DNA of 64,000 nt from Amycolatopsis sp. (GCF_035546795.1 NZ_DASZWC010000065.1:15978-79977); one strand, 5' to 3'. Positions 18,647 through 28,773 are shown, counted from the first letter of the stretch. Made by a program: numbers and translations. Notes: generated by a model not told the origin, from the letters alone.

Positions 18647-19648
18647 ATGACCATTCCGACGGATCCGGAAACCGGTGAATTCGTTCGCTCCCCCAATCAC
18701 TTTGCCGCCCGTATCACGGCCGACGGCCGCGACGGCTGGCCGGTGGAGCCCGGTCGGTACCGGCTCGTGGTGAGCCGGGCCTGCCCCTGGGCCAGCCGTG
18801 GTCTGATCGTACGCCGGTTGCTCGGCTTGGAGCAGGTGTTGTCGGTGGCGGTCGCGGACCCGATCCAGGACGAGCGCAGCTGGCGGTTCACGCTCGACCC
18901 CGGCGACAGGGATCCGGTACTGGGCATCGGTTTTCTCTACGAGGCCTACCAGGCGGCCGATCCCGGCTACGACGGCGGGATCAGCGTGCCGGCGGTGGTG
19001 GACATCCCGAGCGGCAAACTGGTCACCAACGACTACCCGCAGATCACCGTCGACCTGTCCACGGAATGGACCGAGTACCAGCGCGAGGGCGCGCCGGACC
19101 TGTATCCGGAGAAGCTGCGGGACGAGATCGACGAGATAAACCGGGCGGTGTACAAGGACGTGAACGCGGCGGTTTACGAGGCCGGGTTCGCCGGCAAGCA
19201 ATCCGCTTACGAGGACGCGTACACGCGCCTGTTCGACCGGCTGGACTTTTTGTCGGAGCGCCTTGCCACGCAACGCTTTCTGGTCGGCGACACGATCACC
19301 GAGGCCGACGTGCGGCTGTTCACCACGCTCGTCCGATTCGACGCGGTGTACCACGGGCATTTCAAATGCAACCGGCAGAAGCTCAGCGAGATGCCGGTGC
19401 TGTGGGCCTACGCGCGGGATCTGTTCAGCACTCCCGGGTTCGGTGACACGGTGGACTTCGACCACATCAAGCGGCACTACTACCAGGTGCACGAGCAGAT
19501 CAACCCGACGCGGATCGTGCCGAAGGGTCCGGACCTCTCCGGCTGGGCCACGCCACACGGCCGCGAGGAACTGGGTGGCCGCCCCTTCGGCGACGGCACC
19601 CCGCCCGGCCCGCCCCCTGAGGCTGAGCGCCTTCCGGCCCAGTGGTGA
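18647..19648 (+). CDS. Glutathione S-transferase family, glutathionyl-hydroquinone reductase (YqjG/Xi-class-like)
   Basis: ACPWASR active-site motif; ADVRLFTTLVRFDAVYHGHFKCN; HIKRHYY. Confidence 0.88.
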   Translation: MTIPTDPETGEFVRSPNHFAARITADGRDGWPVEPGRYRLVVSRACPWASRGLIVRRLLGLEQVLSVAVADPIQDERSWRFTLDPGDRDPVLGIGFLYEAYQAADPGYDGGISVPAVVDIPSGKLVTNDYPQITVDLSTEWTEYQREGAPDLYPEKLRDEIDEINRAVYKDVNAAVYEAGFAGKQSAYEDAYTRLFDRLDFLSERLATQRFLVGDTITEADVRLFTTLVRFDAVYHGHFKCNRQKLSEMPVLWAYARDLFSTPGFGDTVDFDHIKRHYYQVHEQINPTRIVPKGPDLSGWATPHGREELGGRPFGDGTPPGPPPEAERLPAQW

Positions 19649-19792
19649 TGCGCTCGGCGGGTGGCTGAGGCGGACCGATGAGGTCGCCCGCGCGCAGGAG
19701 CCCGGCCGGTGTGGAGCGGTTGCCGGTCCGGGGAGCGGTGGGTGGCACACCGGCCGTGCGCACGCTGGGTGTGGGCCTAACCTGGGTGGGTG

Positions 19793-21427
19793 ATGAAGAC
19801 CGGCGCCCAGCATCTAGTCGACACACTGACCGAGCTCGGGGTCGAGGTCGTTTTCGGGCTGCCCGGCGTGCACAACCTGCCCATCTGGGAGGCATTGGCG
19901 GACAGCGGTATCCGGCTCGTCGGCGTCCGGCACGAGCAGACCGCCGGCTACGCGGCGGACGGGTACGCCAGGGCGACCGGCAAGATCGGCGTCGCGCTGG
20001 TCACCACCGGCCCGGGCGCGGCGAACACGCTGGGTGCCGTGGGAGAGGCCATGGCATCGGCCTCCCCGGTGCTGGTGGTGGCTACCGACATCCCGGCGAA
20101 ACTGCGCCGTCCCGGGGTGGTGCGCGGTGTGCTGCACGAAACCAGCGACCAGGCCGCGATGTTCGCGCCGGTCACCAAATCGGCGAACACCGTCGAGGTC
20201 GCCGAGGACATCGCGCCCGCCGTGGCGAGGGCAGCCCGGCTCGCGGTGCAACCGCAGAGCGGTCCGGTCTACGTCGGTATCCCCACGGACTTTCTCCGCG
20301 AGTACACCACCCGGCTGTCCAGTCCGGACGCCACCGAACGGTTCTCCGCGCTGAACTTCACCGACCTCGACGAGGCACAGCGGCTCCTGTCGGAGTCCGC
20401 GCGCCCGCTGATCTGGGCAGGCGGCGGCGCCGTGCGCGCCGAAGCGGGCCCGGTGATCGGCGAGCTGGCCGAGCGGCTGGCCGCGCCCGTGGTCACCACG
20501 TTCGCCGGCCGCGGACTGCTGCCGCCCGCGCATCCGTGCGCGGCGCCGAACCCGGTGCACGATCCGGAAGTCGGCGCGCTCTGGGACGAGGCCGACGTGG
20601 TGCTCGGCATCGGCACCGACTTCGACGGCCTGATGACCCAGAACTGGCTGATGCCCAAGCCGCCCAAGCTGATCGCGGTCAACGTCGACCCACAGGACGC
20701 GGCGAAGAACTATCCGCCGGACCTGACCCTCGTCGGCGACGCACGTGACGTGGTGGGCCAGCTGCTGACCGGCCTCACCCCGCGCACCGGACTGGACGAA
20801 CTTGCCGTCCGGATGCGCAGGCTGCACGACACCGTCCGCCGCCGGATGCGCGCCGACGAACCCCAGGCGGCGGATTTCCTTGGCACGTTGGAAGAAACCC
20901 TGCCCGAGGGTGCGGTCGTGGTGGCGGATATGTGCGTCGCAGGCTACTGGGCCGGTGGCTACCACCGGGTCAGCGCGCCCAGGCGATTCGCGTACCCCAT
21001 GGGCTGGGGCACCCTCGGTTTCGGCTTCCCAGCGTCACTGGGTGCGGCCGCAACCGGTGCGGGACGCGTGGTGTGCGTCAGCGGGGACGGCGGTTTCCTT
21101 TACGGCTGCGGCGATCTGGCCACACTCGCGCAGGAGTCGCTGCCCGTCACGGTGATCATCGTGGACGACGGCGGCTACGGCATGCTCCGCTACGACCAGG
21201 ACCGGGAAGGCCTGCCGCAGCGCGGCGTCAACCTGCACACTCCCGACTTCGTCGGGCTGGCCCGCTCCTTCGGCGTGCACGCCGACCAGGTCAAGGGTTT
21301 CGGCCGGGCCTTCCGCCGGCTGCTCAGCGAATTCGTCCGCTCCGATGAACCCAATGTGCTGGTCGTGCGCGCGAACCTCGCGCCACCGCTCAACACCTCA
21401 CCACGCTGGTACCGGGCTAATCGTTGA
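19793..21427 (+). CDS. Thiamine pyrophosphate-binding protein (acetolactate synthase-like)
   Basis: VFGLPG, VRHEQTA, TTGPGAAN, SGDGGF motifs. Confidence 0.88.
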   Translation: MKTGAQHLVDTLTELGVEVVFGLPGVHNLPIWEALADSGIRLVGVRHEQTAGYAADGYARATGKIGVALVTTGPGAANTLGAVGEAMASASPVLVVATDIPAKLRRPGVVRGVLHETSDQAAMFAPVTKSANTVEVAEDIAPAVARAARLAVQPQSGPVYVGIPTDFLREYTTRLSSPDATERFSALNFTDLDEAQRLLSESARPLIWAGGGAVRAEAGPVIGELAERLAAPVVTTFAGRGLLPPAHPCAAPNPVHDPEVGALWDEADVVLGIGTDFDGLMTQNWLMPKPPKLIAVNVDPQDAAKNYPPDLTLVGDARDVVGQLLTGLTPRTGLDELAVRMRRLHDTVRRRMRADEPQAADFLGTLEETLPEGAVVVADMCVAGYWAGGYHRVSAPRRFAYPMGWGTLGFGFPASLGAAATGAGRVVCVSGDGGFLYGCGDLATLAQESLPVTVIIVDDGGYGMLRYDQDREGLPQRGVNLHTPDFVGLARSFGVHADQVKGFGRAFRRLLSEFVRSDEPNVLVVRANLAPPLNTSPRWYRANR

Positions 21428-22388
21428 GCCCCACCACCTTTCCGGCTGCCTGGTTCTGCTCCATGTACCGGTGCGCCTCGACGATCTCCGCGAGCGGGAA
21501 CACCTTGTCGAGATGGGACAGGTACGCCCCGGAGGCGACTCCGTTCACAATGTGCTGCAGCGGCTCGACGCCGGCCGAACCCCGGATGTCGTCGGAGTGG
21601 AAGGCCGTCAGCTTGGTGCCGGACGGGACGTGGCCCACCGGCTCGAACTCCCGGATCTTCCATACTCCGCTGAGTATCCCGCTGACGCACACCGTGCCGC
21701 CGCGCCGGGCGAGCCGCAGCGAATCGACCGTGGTGGGCGCGCCCACCAGGTCGAGCACATAATCCGGACCCGCCGGCACGATCTCGCGGACCTGCTCGGC
21801 GAGCTCTCCGTTGTCCAGCACCACATGCGTGGCCCCGGCCTTGCGCAGCGCCGCCACCTTGTCCGGATTCCGGGTGGTGGCAAGGGTTTCCAGCCCGTGA
21901 TCCTTCGCCAGCGACAACATTGCCATCCCCACCGAAGAGGTGCCGCCGCGGATCAGCAACGACCGGCCCGTGCCCTCGACCCCCAGCGCCTGCAGCGAAC
22001 CGTACGCCGTCAGGTAAGTCTCGGGCAGGGCCGCGAACACTTCCCACGCAAGGGAAGTCTCCACCGGGATGAGCAGCTCGTCCGGCAGCAGGGCCCACTC
22101 GGCGTAGCCCCCGTCGAACTCACGGCCCATCTCGCCCATCACCGCGGCGACCTTCGTGCCCGGCGCGAGCGCGGCCGACTCCTCGACCACGCCGACGCAC
22201 TCGATCCCCAGCACCCGTGGGAACTGCACGTTCGGCGAATGCCCCTGCCGCGTCATCAGCTCGGACCTGTTGAGCCCGAACGCCTTCACCCGAACCAGGC
22301 TCCAGTCCGGACGCACCTGGGGCCTCGGCAGCTCGCGAACCTCGAGCACCTCCGGCCCTCCGGGCCCGGTGCAGACCGCCGCCCTCAT
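21417..22388 (-). CDS. MDR-family NADPH:quinone oxidoreductase-like protein
   Basis: GGPEVL, VKAFGLNRSE, FPRVLGIE, IRGGTSSVG, AHRYMEQNQAAGKVV. Confidence 0.88.
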   Translation of the reverse strand: MRAAVCTGPGGPEVLEVRELPRPQVRPDWSLVRVKAFGLNRSELMTRQGHSPNVQFPRVLGIECVGVVEESAALAPGTKVAAVMGEMGREFDGGYAEWALLPDELLIPVETSLAWEVFAALPETYLTAYGSLQALGVEGTGRSLLIRGGTSSVGMAMLSLAKDHGLETLATTRNPDKVAALRKAGATHVVLDNGELAEQVREIVPAGPDYVLDLVGAPTTVDSLRLARRGGTVCVSGILSGVWKIREFEPVGHVPSGTKLTAFHSDDIRGSAGVEPLQHIVNGVASGAYLSHLDKVFPLAEIVEAHRYMEQNQAAGKVVGLND

Positions 22389-22438
22389 ACCGCTTTTCCT
22401 TTCCACGCAACCAAACTCGCTCCCCCTTCTTCGCCTGC

Positions 22439-22861
22439 TCAGTGCAGGCAGAACTCGTTGCCCTCCGGATCGGTGACGGTGACCCAGGTGGACGGCCCCT
22501 GGCTGCCGCGGTGGAGCACCTTGGCGCCGACCGCGACGAGCCGCTCCACCTCCGCCTCGCGCTTGTCATCCGGTATGTGCACGTCCAGATGGACGCGGTT
22601 TTTCACGGTCTTCGGCTCAGGTACTCGCTGGAACAGAATCCGCCTGCCGGACTCCGGATGCCTGATGCCGATGCCGACCTTCCAGACCAGCACCCCGCGA
22701 TGAGTCATCGTGTCCTCTTCGCGGGCATACCCCTCCGCCACCATTCGGCGGATGAAGGCCTCGTCGCTGGGCTCGACGATCCAGCCGAGTGCGTCCGCCC
22801 ACCAGTCGGCGAGCGGGTGCGGCTCGGTCGAATCGATCGTGACCTGGAAGTCGTATGCCAT
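22439..22861 (-). CDS. VOC (glyoxalase-like) family protein
   Basis: QVTIDSTEP..LADWWA, FQRVPEPKTVKNRVHLDV, DPEGNEFC. Confidence 0.88.
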   Translation of the reverse strand: MAYDFQVTIDSTEPHPLADWWADALGWIVEPSDEAFIRRMVAEGYAREEDTMTHRGVLVWKVGIGIRHPESGRRILFQRVPEPKTVKNRVHLDVHIPDDKREAEVERLVAVGAKVLHRGSQGPSTWVTVTDPEGNEFCLH

Positions 22862-22909
22862 ACCGGACAAGCTAGCGCGACCCACCGACAGTTTCGGGCC
22901 GCAACGGGT

Positions 22910-23749
22910 TCACTTGCGGGCGAGATGCTCCAGGATCAACCCGGTCAGGATCTCCGGGTGCTCTTCGGGCACCCAGTGCGAGACGTCTTCGAGCATCTGG
23001 AACCAGTACGCCCCGGTCACCCAGTTCTCGGTGTCGAGCGCGGCCGTGGATCCGAACGCGACGTCCTCGGTGCTCCACACGTACAGCGTGGGCACCTCGA
23101 TCTTCCCGATTTTGGCGGCGGGACGGCTTGCGCGGTACCAGTTCAGCGCCGCCGTCAGCGCGCCCGGCTCGGTGAGCCGTTGGATGTATTCGTCGACCCG
23201 GGTCTGGGAAACCCGCCACTCGAACATGGCGCGCAGCGCCGCGCCGTTGTTCGCCAGCATCCGGCGTTCGGTGCTGCGCTCGCGCCAGTCGCGCATGTAC
23301 TGCGAGCGCATCGCCTGGTCCTCGTCGGTGCGCAGGGCCTGCGCGAGCGCGCCAGGGTGCGGGGTGGACACCGCCGTCAACGTGCGCACCCGATCCGGGT
23401 GGTCCCATGCCGTCCACCAGGCGACCGCGGCACCCCAGTCGTGCCCCACGAGGTCGAACCGGCTCCACCCGAACTCGTCCGCGATCGCGAGCACGTCGCT
23501 TTCGAGCTCACTCATTCCGTACTCCGCAACCGTTTCCGGCCGGACGCCGGGCGAGTAGCCGCGCTGGTCCGGGGCGACGGCACGGTAGCCGCGGTCGCCG
23601 AGCACCGCGACCTGGTCCTCCCACGCGATCGCCGCTTCGGGAAACCCGTGCAGCAGCAGGACGGGCCTGCCGTCTTCGGGCCCGGCCGCGATCGCGTCGA
23701 AGGAACCGGCAGGGGTCGCAATGCTGAGGTGCTCGGTCACCTCCAGCAC
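22910..23749 (-). CDS. Alpha/beta hydrolase (epoxide hydrolase-like)
   Basis: LLHGFPE, DQRGYS, VGHDWGA nucleophile motif, ALNWYRA, SHWVPEE. Confidence 0.88.
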   Translation of the reverse strand: MLEVTEHLSIATPAGSFDAIAAGPEDGRPVLLLHGFPEAAIAWEDQVAVLGDRGYRAVAPDQRGYSPGVRPETVAEYGMSELESDVLAIADEFGWSRFDLVGHDWGAAVAWWTAWDHPDRVRTLTAVSTPHPGALAQALRTDEDQAMRSQYMRDWRERSTERRMLANNGAALRAMFEWRVSQTRVDEYIQRLTEPGALTAALNWYRASRPAAKIGKIEVPTLYVWSTEDVAFGSTAALDTENWVTGAYWFQMLEDVSHWVPEEHPEILTGLILEHLARK

Positions 23750-23750
23750 A

Positions 23751-24050
23751 CTAGTCGGTGACCGGATAGTCGAGGATCAACACGTCGCCCGCGTAATTCG
23801 GCACGTCGGCGGCGACCGCTCGCCCTTCCGGTGAACCCAGCGCCGCAGTGAGCGCGTCGGCGTCGTCGAAGTCCGCCTCGAACAAGGCGAAGTACGGCGA
23901 TTCGCGCCCGCCCGCGTGCACGTCGAAGCTGTAGCGCATGGCGCGCAGCCCGGGCAGCTTCGCGGCGAGCGGCAAGTGGTTGTTGACGTAGTACTCCTTG
24001 AACGCCTCGGTGTCCTCGACCGGGGAGTAGAGCACGAGCAGTTTGTGCAT
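23751..24050 (-). CDS. EthD family protein
   Basis: KLLVLY..EAFKEYY..HLPLAAKLPGL..ALGSPEG..VAADVPN. Confidence 0.8.
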   Translation of the reverse strand: MHKLLVLYSPVEDTEAFKEYYVNNHLPLAAKLPGLRAMRYSFDVHAGGRESPYFALFEADFDDADALTAALGSPEGRAVAADVPNYAGDVLILDYPVTD

Positions 24051-24059
24051 GGGTCCTCC

Positions 24060-25289
24060 TTAAGCCATCCCGTGGCCGGCCAGGAACTTCTGTACCCGTT
24101 CGGGGGTCGCGAGAATGTCCCACTGCCGGTCCGGCCAGCTGAAGTTCTCGGTGAACTCGTCGGCGACCGCCTGGTTCTGCGACATGGACACGAGCAGCTG
24201 CAGCAGGTGCGGCGGAGGCGGGTTGCGGATCATCAGGTTGGTCCAGTCCGAGGTCGCGTGCACCCGGTTGCGGCGGCGGTCGGCGACCTTCTGGCAGAAC
24301 CGTTCGTCGAAGTTCGGGTCCTCCAGGATGGTCTGGCCGAGCTCCCACGCCGAGTACGAAGCGCAGTTCGCGCCCTGGCCGATCACCGGGTCGACCACCG
24401 TGTGCGCGTCGCCGACCGCGATCACGTAGCGGCCGTTGGGCAGCCGGGCGTAGTCCTCGCGCACCGACGGCAACACCCCGCCCTGCAACAGATCCAGCGG
24501 CCCGGTCAGCCGGAACTCGCCGGTGTCGATGCGCTCGAAAACCGTCGGATGGTGCTGTCTCGTCTTCTCCAGCACGAGCTTCTCGAACCCGGCGGGATCG
24601 CTGTCGTAACTCGTTTCCGCGAGCACTTCCAGGTCCCCGCCCGGCACGGTCTCGAAGAGCAGCACCGTCACGTGCCCGGCCGCCGAATACATCGGGATCT
24701 CCAGCAGCTCACCGTGCCCCGGCGAGATGCTCATCGTGACGCCGTTCGGCTCGGAGCGCGCGATTCCTTCGTACAGCCCGGAACAGAGCTTGCGCTGCGG
24801 GGTGTCGTACGGGGATTTGTCGGCCCGGCGCGGGAACATCGCGCTCATGTTGCCGCGGCCCGACGCGATGACGACGAGATCGTGCCGGTCGGACAGCTTG
24901 ACCACGTCGGCGGCCTGCACCGGGCGCACCTCGAACTCTCCGCCGCGCGCGACGTAGTCCTCCAGCAGCGTCGGCAGATAGATCCGGTAGTCGATGGCCC
25001 GCGACGGCGCCTTGAAGAAACCGGGGAACACCATCGGCTGCGGGCCGCCCGCGATGTAGTGGTGGTGCCCGAAGTAGCCGTACTCCTCGATGTTCCAGTG
25101 GTCCACGCCGAGCGCGCGCTCACGCTCGATCGTCGAATGGTGGTGGGCGACGCTGTTGAGCATCCGCCCGCCCGCCATCTGCTCGGCGGTCCGGTCGCTG
25201 TAGATGGTGACCGGAATATCGTGCCGGCGAAGCAGAAGCCCGAGGTGCAGGCCGGCGATGCCGGCCCCGACGATGCCGATCCCGTCCAT
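24060..25289 (-). CDS. Styrene/indole monooxygenase oxygenase subunit (StyA-like)
   Basis: IGIVGAGIAGLHLGL, RMLNSVAHH, AIDYRIY, VGDAHTVVDPVIGQGANCAS. Confidence 0.85.
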   Translation of the reverse strand: MDGIGIVGAGIAGLHLGLLLRRHDIPVTIYSDRTAEQMAGGRMLNSVAHHHSTIERERALGVDHWNIEEYGYFGHHHYIAGGPQPMVFPGFFKAPSRAIDYRIYLPTLLEDYVARGGEFEVRPVQAADVVKLSDRHDLVVIASGRGNMSAMFPRRADKSPYDTPQRKLCSGLYEGIARSEPNGVTMSISPGHGELLEIPMYSAAGHVTVLLFETVPGGDLEVLAETSYDSDPAGFEKLVLEKTRQHHPTVFERIDTGEFRLTGPLDLLQGGVLPSVREDYARLPNGRYVIAVGDAHTVVDPVIGQGANCASYSAWELGQTILEDPNFDERFCQKVADRRRNRVHATSDWTNLMIRNPPPPHLLQLLVSMSQNQAVADEFTENFSWPDRQWDILATPERVQKFLAGHGMA

Positions 25290-25304
25290 TGACCGCTCCT
25301 TCTC

Positions 25305-25817
25305 TCAGTAGGTGAACAGTTCTTCGGATGCTTCCGCGTAGAGCGCGCGATAGGAGCCGGTGAAGAAGACGAGTGGTTCGCGGTCGGCGTCCGCGAGATG
25401 TGTGACTCTGCCCAGGAACAGCAGGTGATCACCGGCGGGATGGATTTCCGTTACATCGCAACCGATTTGGCCTATCGCGCCGCGCAGGAACGGGATGCCG
25501 TCGATCCGGTCGAACTCCGGTTCGAGGCCCGCGACCGGGCGTCCGGCGAAATGCCGGGAATGCGCCTGCTGGTCGTCGGCGAGCACGCTGACGCCGTAGC
25601 GGCGGGTGCGCCGCAGCAACGCCGCCATCCGGGATTCTTCGCCGAGCGACACCAGGACCAGCGGAGGGTGCAGGGAGACGGACAGGAAACCGTTGGCGGT
25701 CATCCCGTGGATGCGCTCGCCGGCGACGGTGGTGACCACGGTGACCCCGCTGGTGAAGCGGCTCATGGTGCGCCGGAAGGTGGCGGGGTCGATCGAGGGA
25801 CGGTTTCGCGGCGACAT
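25305..25817 (-). CDS. Flavin reductase (StyB/HpaC-like)
   Basis: FRRTMSRFTSGVTVVT, GMTANGFLSVSLHPPLV, AGDH, PLVFFTGSY; SD GGGAGG before the ATG at 25817. Confidence 0.88.
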   Translation of the reverse strand: MSPRNRPSIDPATFRRTMSRFTSGVTVVTTVAGERIHGMTANGFLSVSLHPPLVLVSLGEESRMAALLRRTRRYGVSVLADDQQAHSRHFAGRPVAGLEPEFDRIDGIPFLRGAIGQIGCDVTEIHPAGDHLLFLGRVTHLADADREPLVFFTGSYRALYAEASEELFTY

Positions 25818-26038
25818 GTCGGCCCGGACGTCCTCCCGATATTGGCTCTGGTATCGAGCAATGACGCCGTTGTCAGCTCGATATCCGAGCAATATAGCGT
25901 GTTGCCCAGCCGACCGAAAGTGGGCGGACACGATCCGCAACGGGCCTGCTCATGGGCGACGGTTTCCGCCGCGGCTGCGGTCGGCCTGGCAACCAGCCGC
26001 ACAGTAAAGTGACCCGGGCGACAGCCGGGGAGGTAGCG

Positions 26039-26731
26039 GTGGAAGCCAAGTCTGGAGTGCGGGCGCAGACGCTGGACCGTGCCCTCGACGTGCTGGACAT
26101 CCTCGCCGACGGGCAGGCCCGGTCGAGTCAGGATCTCGCGGCCGCGACGGGACTCCACCGCTCGATTGTGTACCGGATCCTGCGCACACTGGAAGATCGG
26201 GAACTCGTTCGGCGTACCGCCGAAGGCCGCTACACGATGGGCCTTGGGCTCCTCGTGCTCACCCGCACCGTCCTCGGCGACGCGCAGGCGCAGATGCACG
26301 ACGTGCTCGGCGAGCTGGCGAACTCGGTCGCGGCGACAGCGTTCTTCGCGGTACCCCGCGGCGGTCAGGTGGTCACCGTCGTCACCGTCGAGCCGGACAG
26401 GGACAGGGCGCACGTCGCGTACCGGCCGTGGACGCGCGCGCCGATGGACCGCGGCGCGTGCGGCCTGGCGATCCAGTCGACGAGGCCGGCGCGGCCGGAT
26501 GAGCGGCCCGAGGTGGGTTGGGCGCGGCAGACGGGTTACGTGCGCACGGTGGGTGAACTGCACGCGGGGTTGACGGAGATCGCCGCTCCGGTGCGTCTTG
26601 CGCAGGGTGCGGTGGGGTGTGTGGCGGTGGTGTTCGTGGCCGGTGATCTCAGTGACGAGAAGGTTGCCGAGTCGGTGCGCCGGACCGCGATCCGGTTGAC
26701 CAGGCCGCCGGACGAGGTCTGGGAGATCTGA
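26039..26731 (+). CDS. IclR family transcriptional regulator
   Basis: QTLDRALDVL..LAAATGLHRSIVYRILRTL HTH; GGAGG SD before GTG; divergent from the monooxygenase operon. Confidence 0.88.
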   Translation: MEAKSGVRAQTLDRALDVLDILADGQARSSQDLAAATGLHRSIVYRILRTLEDRELVRRTAEGRYTMGLGLLVLTRTVLGDAQAQMHDVLGELANSVAATAFFAVPRGGQVVTVVTVEPDRDRAHVAYRPWTRAPMDRGACGLAIQSTRPARPDERPEVGWARQTGYVRTVGELHAGLTEIAAPVRLAQGAVGCVAVVFVAGDLSDEKVAESVRRTAIRLTRPPDEVWEI

Positions 26732-26752
26732 GCACCGTCCGAAGTGGATCCC

Positions 26753-26783
26753 TTGACCTCTACCTTACTTGAGGTTGCAGGCT
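26753..26783 (+). promoter_or_regulatory. MerR/SoxR-type promoter: -35 TTGACC, 19-bp spacer, -10 CAGGCT, with dyad CCTC-N10-GAGG
   Basis: CCTCTACCTTACTTGAGG (26757-26774) overlaps the -35 and spacer; ATG 6 nt after the -10. Confidence 0.6.
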
Positions 26784-26789
26784 GGGGTC

Positions 26790-27914
26790 ATGAACGCAGT
26801 CGCTTCGGCCGGGTCGCTGACCGAAACCGGGATAGCCGCGAAGATCGGCGCCGACGCCGTGATCGCCGGTCTGGGTGAGTCCACCCGCTTTTCCACGGAG
26901 ACCTTCGTGACCCGGGACAGGTTGTTCCGGATTCTGGTGTCACAGCATGGTTTTCGCGCGTTGGCGGTCCAGGACGATGCCGCCGTCGCCGCCCGGCAGG
27001 ACGAGTTCGTCAACGGCGGGCCGGGCACACCCGAGTCCGCGCTGGACGGGGCGTGGCGCCCGTGGCGGACGGCCGAGATGGCCGCGGCACTGGCGTGGAT
27101 CCGCCGGTTCAACGACGCGCATCCCCAAGACCCGGTCCGGATTTTCGGGGTGCAACCTGCGCGAGCCCAGCCCGCGGACTACGACGCGGTGCTCGACGGC
27201 GTGCGGGAACTGGCGCCGGGCCGGGTGGCGGAGCTGGGCGCGCATCTCGCGCCGATCCGGACAGCGCACGAGACGGACGAACACGTGCAGCGCGCCCGCG
27301 GCTTCCACCCGGGGCGGCCGTTCGCCGAGCACGCCCGTGACGCATTCGAAATCGTCGAATCCGTTGGGGCGCAAGACGATCTGCTGGCTCGGATGCGGCT
27401 CATCGTCACCTTCCACGAGACCAGTGTTGCCGGGCGTGGCAGTTTCGTGGGCGACGACGAGGGAGCGGCCGCGACCATCGGCGATTTCCAGGGCGAGTCC
27501 GGCCTGCGCGTCGTCTATTGGGACGGTATCGCGCACACCGCGGCGACGCCGGTGACTTCGGGACTCGCGCCGGGCGGCCCCGCGAAACCGACCATCGGCA
27601 GCCTGTTGCGCGAGCAGTACGGCGACGGTTACGTCTCCGTCGGAATCGGCTTCCACCACGGGAACCTGGGCGTTGCGACGGTGCCGGCGCCTGCTGCCGA
27701 CTTCGCCGACGCGAAGCTCGAAGAGGGCTGGCTGGACTTGCGTGACGAAACCGTCCGGAAGCAATGGCGCGAGCCGACGAAGGTCCGGGTGATCAGCGGG
27801 GTTTACGACCCGGCCCGTGACACCGCCGAACACATCGGCGTGCCGGCGCTGGCCGCCGCCTTCGACGCCTTCTTCCACGTCCGCGAGGCGACGGCGGTGC
27901 GCTGGCTGCCCTGA
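26790..27914 (+). CDS. Erythromycin esterase family protein
   Basis: IAGLGESTR, LFRILVSQHGFRALA, WIRRFN..HPQDPVRIFG, YGDGYVSVG, AFDAFFHV. The usual GE.TH motif reads GESTR here. Confidence 0.75.
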   Translation: MNAVASAGSLTETGIAAKIGADAVIAGLGESTRFSTETFVTRDRLFRILVSQHGFRALAVQDDAAVAARQDEFVNGGPGTPESALDGAWRPWRTAEMAAALAWIRRFNDAHPQDPVRIFGVQPARAQPADYDAVLDGVRELAPGRVAELGAHLAPIRTAHETDEHVQRARGFHPGRPFAEHARDAFEIVESVGAQDDLLARMRLIVTFHETSVAGRGSFVGDDEGAAATIGDFQGESGLRVVYWDGIAHTAATPVTSGLAPGGPAKPTIGSLLREQYGDGYVSVGIGFHHGNLGVATVPAPAADFADAKLEEGWLDLRDETVRKQWREPTKVRVISGVYDPARDTAEHIGVPALAAAFDAFFHVREATAVRWLP

Positions 27915-27915
27915 G

Positions 27916-28773
27916 TCAGGCTGCTTCCGCTTCCTTCGTCAGCCGGTCCCAGTGCTCCTGCGCGGCCGGGCGCCATTCGACGTGCTTGCAGTGGAACAAC
28001 TCCGCTGCCTGCGCCCCGCTCCAGTCGCGCGGCAGCAACCGCGTCGGCAGGCGTGGGTCGAGGAACGGGAAGCGCCGCCACTCGTGCACGAGCTTGGTCT
28101 GGGCGTGCAGGGCTTCGTCGCCGCCGGCCGGGTTCAGCCCGGTGAACTCGTCGATGAAGCCCTCGTACCGGCCTTCCAGTGCGCTGAGATCCCAGGCCTG
28201 GGCGACCATCGCGTCCTCGTCGCCGATCTTGCCGTACGCCGCGACGAACGACATCGCCTCGGCGTCCAGGCCGAGCTCGTGGACGATCTTCTCGGCCTCG
28301 CCCTGGCGGGAGACGTCGGCGCTGATCCACACGCCGGGGGTCGGCGAGCCGAAACCCGCCCACGTGAGTTTGGTGCGCAGGCTGTGCCGCAGGTCCCGCT
28401 TCGTCTCCGGGACCGATACCAGCAACATCAGCCAGTTGCCGTCCCAGTCACCGTCGGCCCGGCCGAAGCCGTAGATCCGCTCCGCGCCTTCGGTGAGCAG
28501 CCGGCGGCCGGGCGGGGTCAGTGACCAGCGCACGCGGCGGCCCACCCGTTCCGACACGAGCCAGCCTTCGGCCGCGGTGCGCGCGAGCGCTTGGCGGGCC
28601 GACTTCTCCTCGACCGCGAACGCGGCCAGCACCTCGACGAGCGTGGACGTCCAGACCGGGCGTCCACGGGGGAGCACGTACTCGCCGAGAACGGTCATCA
28701 GCAGGGAGCGGGCGCTGGTATGACTGACCTCGCGCCGCCTGCTCATCGTCGGGCGCGCGGCGGAGTCCCCCAT
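27916..28773 (-). CDS. PaaX family transcriptional regulator
   Basis: SARSLLMTVLGEY, ARQALAR..EGWL, LTWAGFG, QAWDL, LVHEWRRFPFLDPRLP..LLP.DW.G. Confidence 0.88.
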   Translation of the reverse strand: MGDSAARPTMSRRREVSHTSARSLLMTVLGEYVLPRGRPVWTSTLVEVLAAFAVEEKSARQALARTAAEGWLVSERVGRRVRWSLTPPGRRLLTEGAERIYGFGRADGDWDGNWLMLLVSVPETKRDLRHSLRTKLTWAGFGSPTPGVWISADVSRQGEAEKIVHELGLDAEAMSFVAAYGKIGDEDAMVAQAWDLSALEGRYEGFIDEFTGLNPAGGDEALHAQTKLVHEWRRFPFLDPRLPTRLLPRDWSGAQAAELFHCKHVEWRPAAQEHWDRLTKEAEAA

